DNA from: Takakia lepidozioides
Taxonomy: Eukaryota; Plantae; Bryophyta
DNA length: 5,189 nucleotides
Direction of reading: 5' to 3'
Assembly (NCBI GenBank): GCA_030704615.1
Contig: JAKLZA010000315.1
Location: 1-5,189, forward strand
Part shown: piece by piece, positions 1 to 5,189 of the stretch
Numbering within the stretch: the stretch's first letter is position 1
How the letters are laid out: each line of letters opens with the position of its first letter
The notes under the pieces: generated by a model
What the model saw: the letters and a program-made list of their open reading frames with translations, nothing else
The model's database searches: none
What the model was told of the DNA's origin: nothing
Program-made: the position numbers and the translations under genes

Positions 1-59
1 GATTTCCAAGAGAATGAGGGACGGCGGAAACCCGTGACCCACTGCGCGATGAATTGTCA

Positions 60-309
60 ACGTGGGATACCCACGGCACACTGCAACAAGAATTCGAGGG
101 ACGCTGAAGGGTGATCCCGACTTCGGCCATATGCGGGGGAAAAATGTTTGTGTGGGGACGGGAATCACCGACTTCTCGCCTTGTGGAGCTACATCAAGCA
201 GAACCCATGCCAAGCACATTGGCTGGCATTACATGGTGGAGTGTTGTCATCCTCAAGGTGAAGCGGCAGACTCCTCCCTCCTCAAGAATGCCATGGCGGA
301 CCTCAACTC
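60..309 (+). CDS. Exon encoding a ParB/Sulfiredoxin-like (ParB N-terminal fold) segment, frameshifted
   Basis: atg ttt gtg tgg (144-155, MFVW), one extra g, then gac ggg aat cac cga ctt ctc gcc ttg tgg agc tac atc (from 157, DGNHRLLALWSYI). This matches the hydrophobic-strand + DGxHR signature of the ParB/Srx superfamily. It continues across frames as HAKHIGWHYMVEC/VILKV/ADSSLLKNAMADLN up to the donor gtaag at 310. Confidence 0.6.
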
Positions 310-422
310 GTAAGATACTCATACCCTCCTAGCACATTAGAAATGCGGGGTGCCGCATTTCGGTTTCCATTCTGGTTGATTCCGTGCTTCCGTGTACTGA
401 AAACGGAGAGTGTGCCTCGCAG
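310..422 (+). other. Spliceosomal intron 1 (113 bp)
   Basis: gtaaga...ctgaa...cctcgcag. Stops lie inside it in both upstream ORF frames. The phase needs a 1-nt correction. Confidence 0.6.
340..361. repeat. Dispersed palindrome copy 1 (variant with 2 extra G), in intron 1
   Basis: gaaatgcggggtgccgcatttc. Confidence 0.85.
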
Positions 423-613
423 GTCACTGAGAATGCGTACGTGCATACACAATGGCACATATGCTGTACAGGGTGAGGAAAACTGGTCTTACTGATCCGC
501 AGATTTTGCGGAAATGCTGGTGGAGCCGGAGCTCATTCAGAAAGCCGTTGCAAAAACAGACCGGACATGGTATCGTCTCACTATGGATGGAATGGTGGAG
601 GGTGATATACAAA

Positions 614-711
614 GTAAGTCGTGCTCCAATTTCCCTCTGCTCATCCTTTCCCCAATTTCCAGTAATGTTTCACATGAATCGAATGTAACGCTTTGCATGT
701 TTTGTTGGCAG
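614..711 (+). other. Spliceosomal intron 2 (98 bp)
   Basis: Consensus donor gtaagt, T-rich body, acceptor ttttgttggcag. Confidence 0.75.
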
Positions 712-996
712 TCAAAACATCAAGCTGGATTTGGCCCATGCCAAACGCTTCTTCATGGAAAGTGAGGGGCAGGTCAAACGTTGCAGTCATTGACTGAGCG
801 CACTTGAAGGAAGCCGGTGTCAAGTCCAGAACCAAATACAAGTCAAGCTTGTGAAGCTGGTGGCAATTGCAGATCCGGCACTTGGAAAGGACTTCATCCC
901 GAGATTGCAAAACACTATTCTCGGGCCATGCAGCCGACCATGCAATTGGAGAAACTGCATCACCTCTCAACGGCATGTGTGGAGGCGAAAGAGAAG

Positions 997-1074
997 GTGA
1001 GGTTTCAATGCACTGAATTTCCTTCTAGCAATAGCCACTCTCTTCCAGCCACTGACATGGATCGGAAATGGCAG
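997..1074 (+). other. Spliceosomal intron 3 (78 bp, in frame)
   Basis: aag|gtgagg donor, ctgac branch-like site at 1052-1056, ggcag acceptor, phase 0/0. It contains no stop in the reading frame, so it is less certain. Confidence 0.5.
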
Positions 1075-1197
1075 ACCACGGTGGCTGTCGATCTGGAATG
1101 CATCCGAGAGCATAAGGACAATGTGGTCTTTTCCACTGGAAGTTTCCGACCCTGCAGTGGATGTGTGTGGCTCAAACGTATGACTTGGTGGTTCCAG

Positions 1198-1279
1198 GTA
1201 ATTCAAGTACTTCCCCAGATTTGCTTTTCTGACATGAATTCCCTGAACTGCTACGTGACAATGCATTTGGGAATGGCAG
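1198..1279 (+). other. Spliceosomal intron 4 (82 bp)
   Basis: cag|gtaatt ... ggcag|g. Joins ORF 817 frame (..WWFQ) in phase to ORF 1283 frame (VMSNAKEQ..). Confidence 0.7.
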
Positions 1280-1537
1280 GTAATGTCGAATGCAAAGGAG
1301 CAAGTCGTAATGCACACAAATTCGTTCGGCTTGTACGTCAAATGGGATGGAACACAGACATTGGAAGACTACGTGACACGTTTCAGATGTGCGTACAAGG
1401 ACAACCTTTTCGCCAGAGAGCTACAGACAGCAAGAAGGAGCGTGGAGTTTACACATCAGGAGGGAGGGGGAAAGCTGCAATGCGAATTGTTTACAGGTGA
1501 AGCACAGCTGCCCTTGTATGCGAAGCCTGGTTACGAG

Positions 1538-1640
1538 GTTTGTCTCGGAAATGCGGCACCGCATTCGCATTTTATGTTTTCGGTGGCACTCTGCGAGTAG
1601 GTGGTCTCAACTTTGCTCACGCATGCTGACTGCCTTGCAG
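1538..1640 (+). other. Spliceosomal intron 5 (103 bp)
   Basis: gag|gtttgt ... gctgactgccttgcag|g, phase 0/0. Contains the 16-bp palindrome. Confidence 0.65.
1550..1565. repeat. Dispersed palindrome copy 2, in intron 5
   Basis: aatgcggcaccgcatt. Confidence 0.9.
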
Positions 1641-2488
1641 GTATATGAAATACGTGCTCCTTCAGACAGGGGCCCTGGCTCAAGAGCCCCCGTTCTTCAT
1701 GGCTTGGACCGTGGCGGGCCCAAGCTGTGTCTACACACCCGAGATGCAGAAACAATGGCATCCCGCGCATCTCGTTGGATGCCCGTGGTACACTGGACAT
1801 GTCTGGCGGTATTGTTGACGAGTCTGAGAAAGATCTGCACGCCTTGGCAGAAAGAAGAGAAGAGAAAGGAAAGAGTGTCCCTGCTGGGGCCAAAGTCGGC
1901 AAAGGAATCTGCTGCTCTGGAAGAATCCAGAAAGGCAGCTGAGATGGCACAAAAGAGACGGTGGATGCAGCTGTGCAGGCCCAACAGAAGGGGGTCGAAG
2001 AAGAGGACTCGCCAGAGCAAAGCAGCTGTTGTGACACCCGCCAAAACGAAGAAGCAGAAACAGCCTGTTCAAGAAGAGGGTGAGGAAGAGGACTCCGATG
2101 GAGACTTTGCAACCAGCCCCCCCCCAAACGCAGGCTGCCTCCTCTGTGCCCACCGTTGTCACCAGAGGCACGAGAACTGGCTCGGCAGGAAAGAAGGCAC
2201 TCTTCAACCCCCCAGGGGGCACCCTTTCGAGCCGGTGGAAATGAAGAGGCCGAAAGTGGCTCCCGAAACTGTAGTCCAGTGTGTAAATGAGAGTTTCTTG
2301 GCGGCTTTGGATGGACGGGCAGCCAAGTTGGCATACATGAAGACCATGGAGGGTCTGAAGGGCAGAGCACTGAAGAAGGCGACTGCCGAAGAGCCTTCCG
2401 ACACCCCAGGATTTCAGAATATGGTTCGTTCTTTGAGAGGGTGTGTGCAGACAAGGATTGTAGGAGGGGCGGAAATGCCACCGAGTGG

Positions 2489-3300
2489 TCTTGCGATATG
2501 ATCATCTTGGATATTCCGGACGGAGAGCCTGTGGAAGGACTGCAAGCTTTGCCATCTTGGAACAGGTACTCGGAGGACTTTTGGAAGAAAGGATTCGGGC
2601 TTGCCCGCATGGTGTTGGACGACAGAGGCTGTGTGGTTGTCCTGGCGAGCAGAGGAAAAAACACTCAGACAGGAATTGCGAAGTGGACCCGCAAGAGCGC
2701 CGTCCCGATTCTGAAAAAGAAGTGGACGTGCATCAACACACTGGGCCTTCCGTCGGTCGGAAGGGAAGAAGGTGATTACGACACTGGCACTCGTCCATTC
2801 ATTTGCTGGGTGCTTTCAAATGCGGTGCCGCATTCGGTTTCTAATCGTTTTCCCCCTGTGTATGCAGACGAAGCAGTTCGATGCATACTGCTTTGTGAAG
2901 GAAAACTGCACCTTTGCTTTCCGGAAGGAGGGAGGAAAGGTTGACCGAACTGCGACCCACTCGATTACGACGTTCTGTTCAACAACGTTCCCAAGGAACT
3001 TCTCCCTCATAGCCTCACTTCAACGGAACCCTGCGGTACTCACGGACTCGGAGCCCTGCCTTCATTCAGACAATTATGGAGACATGCACAGACGTGGAGG
3101 GCACAGTGCTGGACCTCATCTGTGGGACAGGTATGCAGAATCTTGATCTCTGCTGTTCTGCAAATTCTCGTTAGGATGTAGTTCGCAACATCTGAAGCGC
3201 CATGTGGTAATGTGTGGATGGCATTGTAACAGGTGCCTCAATGTGGCTGGGCGGTTTTCCGACCGGCACCTCTTTGCTACGAGGAGGATTCATCCGTGTG
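2489..3300 (+). CDS. Beta-class (permuted) amino-methyltransferase domain, N6_N4_Mtase-like, spread over 3 exons
   Basis: Motif IV-like CDMIILDIPDG (2492-2524; cf. VDLIITDPPYG). Motif V/VI-like FWKKGFGLARMVLDDRGCVVVL (cf. ..RVLKPGG.h.h). Motif X-I RSPAFIQTIMETCTDVEGTVLDLICGTG (3049-3130 plus 3233-3234; cf. KP..L...I...T..GD.VLDPF.GSG). Then AS.VAGRFSDRHLF.YEED (3235-3289; cf. TT..AA...GR..IG.E.D). Confidence 0.75.
2772..2867 (+). other. Spliceosomal intron 6 (96 bp)
   Basis: aag|gtgatt ... ctaat branch, pyrimidine tract, tatgcag. Contains the 16-bp palindrome. The phase needs a 1-nt correction. Confidence 0.6.
2819..2834. repeat. Dispersed palindrome copy 3, in intron 6
   Basis: aatgcggtgccgcatt (reverse complement of copy 2). 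Confidence 0.9.
3131..3232 (+). other. Spliceosomal intron 7 (102 bp) splitting MTase motif I
   Basis: cag|gtatgc ... gtaacag|gt. Removal restores aca g|gt gcc tca = T-G-A-S, completing DLICGTGAS. Confidence 0.8.
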
Positions 3301-3424
3301 GGGATCCCATCTGGAGGGGCTGCAACGGAATGTGAAGGCTCCGACAGAGCGGAAGTCTCCTCGGATTCGTCGGAGTCCGAGGAAGACATAGTGGACATTG
3401 ATGCAGAGGAGAACCGGAATACGA

Positions 3425-3529
3425 GTGAGTGCAAACATTGTAAGTTTGCAAAGCCTTCTGGGTCATTTATGTCAAAGGAATTTCCCGACTGTGGTTCTCA
3501 TTAGTCTCGTTGATGATTGTCATGTGCAG
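3425..3529 (+). other. Spliceosomal intron 8 (105 bp)
   Basis: Donor gtgagt, acceptor tgtgcag, phase 1/1 consistent, in-frame stop inside the intron. Confidence 0.75.
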
Positions 3530-3999
3530 GATTGCAGGGTCCGGGTCGAAAACATGTAGGGCCTACACTTCCTGCCAGGAAGAATGTCCCGTTCTTTGCG
3601 AGGGCCGACTTCATGACGAGCCCGGTGAGGGACTACTCCCTTCCTAGTTATGCAGCTAAACTCGCAAATACAGCGATTAGAAGAAGTGAGAATCCCAGTA
3701 AAGTAGAGCAGATTTTGGAGAGGGCTAGGGAGGACAGAAGGATAAGGAAAGAGTTGGCAGCAGCTCAGACAGGTAGACGGGTACGAAAGTACATATGTGA
3801 TTCAGCGGATGAGAGCGACGCAGACAGGGAGGAAGACGACCCAACGGAGGTGAGATGGACAGTTCCGCAAGGGGAAGATGGGATTTTCGAAAGCTTGGCC
3901 AACGAGCAGTCCGCTGGAGGTGAGAGAGGCACTGAGGGGGTGGAGGAGGAGCAGGACAGTCTAGAACAGGATGAGGATTCCGATGATTTTCAAGATTAA
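3530..3999 (+). CDS. Terminal exon: basic/helical segment followed by a strongly acidic D/E-rich tail
   Basis: Acceptor tgtgcag ends at 3529. The phase-1 junction (a|ga) joins the upstream frame to the uninterrupted ORF 3517..3999, which ends EEEQDSLEQDEDSDDFQD*. Confidence 0.7.
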
Positions 4000-4183
4000 T
4001 AGAATTTTAATGAAGTCTCTGTAAATGTAAATTCTCTTCCAGAGTATATAAAGAAAATTCTGCCCGACATTCGTGACCCCTCTCCAGTGTGCATTCCAGC
4101 CACACAATCGCCCAAACCAGGACGCTCCCAAAATCAGAAATGGGTCAGGGCATTTCCAAAATTTTGGCAACTCTAAGAACCTC

Positions 4184-4213
4184 TTTTGGAAATGCGGCAC
4201 CGCATTTCCAAAA
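4184..4213. repeat. Dispersed palindrome copy 4 with 14-bp perfect arms, 3' flank
   Basis: ttttggaaatgcgg-ca-ccgcatttccaaaa. Confidence 0.9.
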
Positions 4214-4272
4214 CAGGGGAGGGACTAATTTTTCCATTTCAATGTTGGCATAGTAAAAAGTAATCTGAATTG

Positions 4273-4292
4273 GGAATGCGGTGCCGCATTCC
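4273..4292. repeat. Dispersed palindrome copy 5, 3' flank
   Basis: ggaatgcgg-tg-ccgcattcc. Confidence 0.9.
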
Positions 4293-4473
4293 AAAAATTT
4301 CCTTTGTCCCAATCCAAACAACGGTTCTGAATGCAATTAATGTTCCCTTTACTTCAGAAAAAAACATGTTGCGTGCAATGGATAACGGCCATTTGGCCAC
4401 CTATAGGGGTTAAATGCCACTGATTCTCCATTTCCACGAGGATATTCGTGTTTTTTCCGTCTGAATGGGTATT

Positions 4474-5135
4474 TTCATCCCTATTTCGGCGCCGAATATC
4501 ATCCGCAGGCAACAAATAACTGAAGCGTTCATCCGAATTTCGGCGTCAAAATTCATCCGTCGTAGGGAAAATGTGTTTTTGGACGGAGGCCTTCATCCGA
4601 ATTTCAGCGCCAAAATTCATCCGTCGCAGGGAATATGTGTTTTGCGGCGGAGACCTCCATCCGTATTTCGGCGCCGAAATTCATCCGTCGTGTGCAGAAT
4701 GACTTTCATTAGGAACATGTTCATCCGATTTTCGGCACCGAAATCCATCCGTCGGGTGTAGAATGAGTTTCATCACAAACATGTTCAACCGAATTTCGGC
4801 GCTGAAATCCATCCGTTTTGTGCAGAATGAGTTTCATCACGAAGATTTTCATCCGAATTTTGGCGCCGGAATCCATCCGTGGCGTGCACAATGAGTTTCA
4901 TCACGAACATATTCATCCGAATTAGGGCGCAAAAAACCATCCCTCGCGTGCAGAATGAGTTTCATGAGGAACATGTTCATCCTAATTTCGGCGCCGAAAT
5001 TCATCCGTCTCGTGGAGCATGAGTTCCATCACTGACATCTTCATCCGAATTTTGGCACCGAAATTCATCTGCTGCCTTCAAAATCAATTCCATGACGGAT
5101 ATGTTCATCCGAATTTTGGTGCCGAAAATCATCCA
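4474..5135. repeat. Tandem array: 11 copies of a 32-bp core TTCATCCG-AATTTCGGCGCCGAAA-TTCATCCG with 64-bp period
   Basis: Cores start at 4474, 4528, 4592, 4656, 4720, 4784, 4848, 4912, 4976, 5040 and 5104. The consensus contains the 18-bp palindrome AATTTCGGCGCCGAAATT and two direct TTCATCCG boxes 24 bp apart. Linkers are 32 bp (the first is 22 bp) and more variable. Confidence 0.95.
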
Positions 5136-5154
5136 TAGGCCTGACGTAATGTAG

Positions 5155-5168
5155 CCCAACTGGTAGTA
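5155..5168 (-). mobile_element. Possible degenerate CACTA/EnSpm-like transposon end
   Basis: ctggtagta reads TACTACCAG on the minus strand, one mismatch from CACTAC.., about 30 bp beyond an array that resembles subterminal repeats. The match is short and the other end is not in the window. Confidence 0.2.
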
Positions 5169-5189
5169 CATCCCAATTCTGACGCTCAA

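Larger units (their letters stand above)
1..3999 (+). pseudogene. Multi-exon gene (5'-partial), frameshifted as given: ParB/Srx-like domain + beta-class N6A/N4C DNA methyltransferase-like domain + acidic tail. Inferred exons: <1-309, 423-613, 712-996, 1075-1197, 1280-1537, 1641-2771, 2868-3130, 3233-3424, 3530-3999
   Basis: Eight GT..AG introns of similar size. Introns 3, 4, 5, 7 and 8 join the flanking frames in phase. Recognisable protein motifs appear in order on the + strand and the stop is TAA at 3997-3999. More than 10 single-base frame changes are needed, so this is either a pseudogene or error-prone sequence. Confidence 0.75.

Noticed and set aside
817-1500. ORF 817..1500 (also 1389..2501, 2441..2944, 2772..3146) as standalone genes
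   Set aside because: Each runs through predicted introns and is in the correct frame for only part of its length. They are fragments of the single spliced gene.
2136-2175. Apparent zinc-finger CLLCAHRCHQRH in ORF 1389..2501
   Set aside because: It follows a C9 run (2117-2125). The alternative frame reads QAASSVPTVVTRGTRTGSAGKKALFNPP, which fits the low-complexity linker better, so it is probably an off-frame artefact.
1531-2664. 377-aa minus-strand ORF and the other minus-strand ORFs
   Set aside because: S/P/L/F-rich antisense shadows of the purine-rich + strand exons, with no motifs. All splice signals are on the + strand.
3289-3296. Lone TTCATCCG box inside exon 8
   Set aside because: A single 8-mer in coding sequence without the palindromic core, compatible with chance.
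2489-3300. Prokaryotic restriction-modification system or bacterial contamination
   Set aside because: Spliceosomal introns interrupt the MTase, and no endonuclease gene or operon structure is visible.
4184-4213. Rho-independent terminator
   Set aside because: The loop is only 2 nt, the context is eukaryotic and the same core recurs in introns. It is better explained as a dispersed DNA palindrome.
4465-4761. ORF 4465..4761 (+), and 5001..5189 (-), as proteins
   Set aside because: They are translations of the DNA repeat. The 64-bp period is not a multiple of 3, so the repeat is not maintained at protein level.
4474-5135. CRISPR array
   Set aside because: The spacers are clearly related to each other, the repeats are degenerate throughout, no cas gene is visible and the context is an intron-containing eukaryotic locus.

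Overview
This is eukaryotic DNA: short GT-AG introns, about 50% GC, most plausibly an early-diverging land plant or streptophyte alga, though that is an inference. Bases 1-3999 hold one + strand spliced gene that is open at the 5' window edge. It has at least 9 exons and 8 introns of 78-113 bp and is broken by many 1-bp frameshifts, so the ORF track hides it. Stitching frames by hand gives an N-terminal ParB/Sulfiredoxin-like motif (MFVW-DGNHRLLALWSYI), an unassigned middle region, a K/E-rich linker, a beta-class (motif IV before motif I) amino-methyltransferase domain of the N6A/N4C type (CDMIILDIPDG ... RSPAFIQTIMETCTDVEGTVLDLICGTG|AS.VAGRFSDRHLF.YEED) and an acidic tail. A 16-bp palindrome AATGCGG-YR-CCGCATT occurs 5 times, only in introns and the 3' flank. 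Downstream (4474-5135) is an array of 11 copies of a 32-bp palindromic core with a strict 64-bp period, followed by a CACTA-like end motif. The best overall reading is a mobile-element-associated, intron-containing ParB-like/DNA amino-methyltransferase locus with its own palindromic sites. All domain calls come from manual motif recognition, not database searches.
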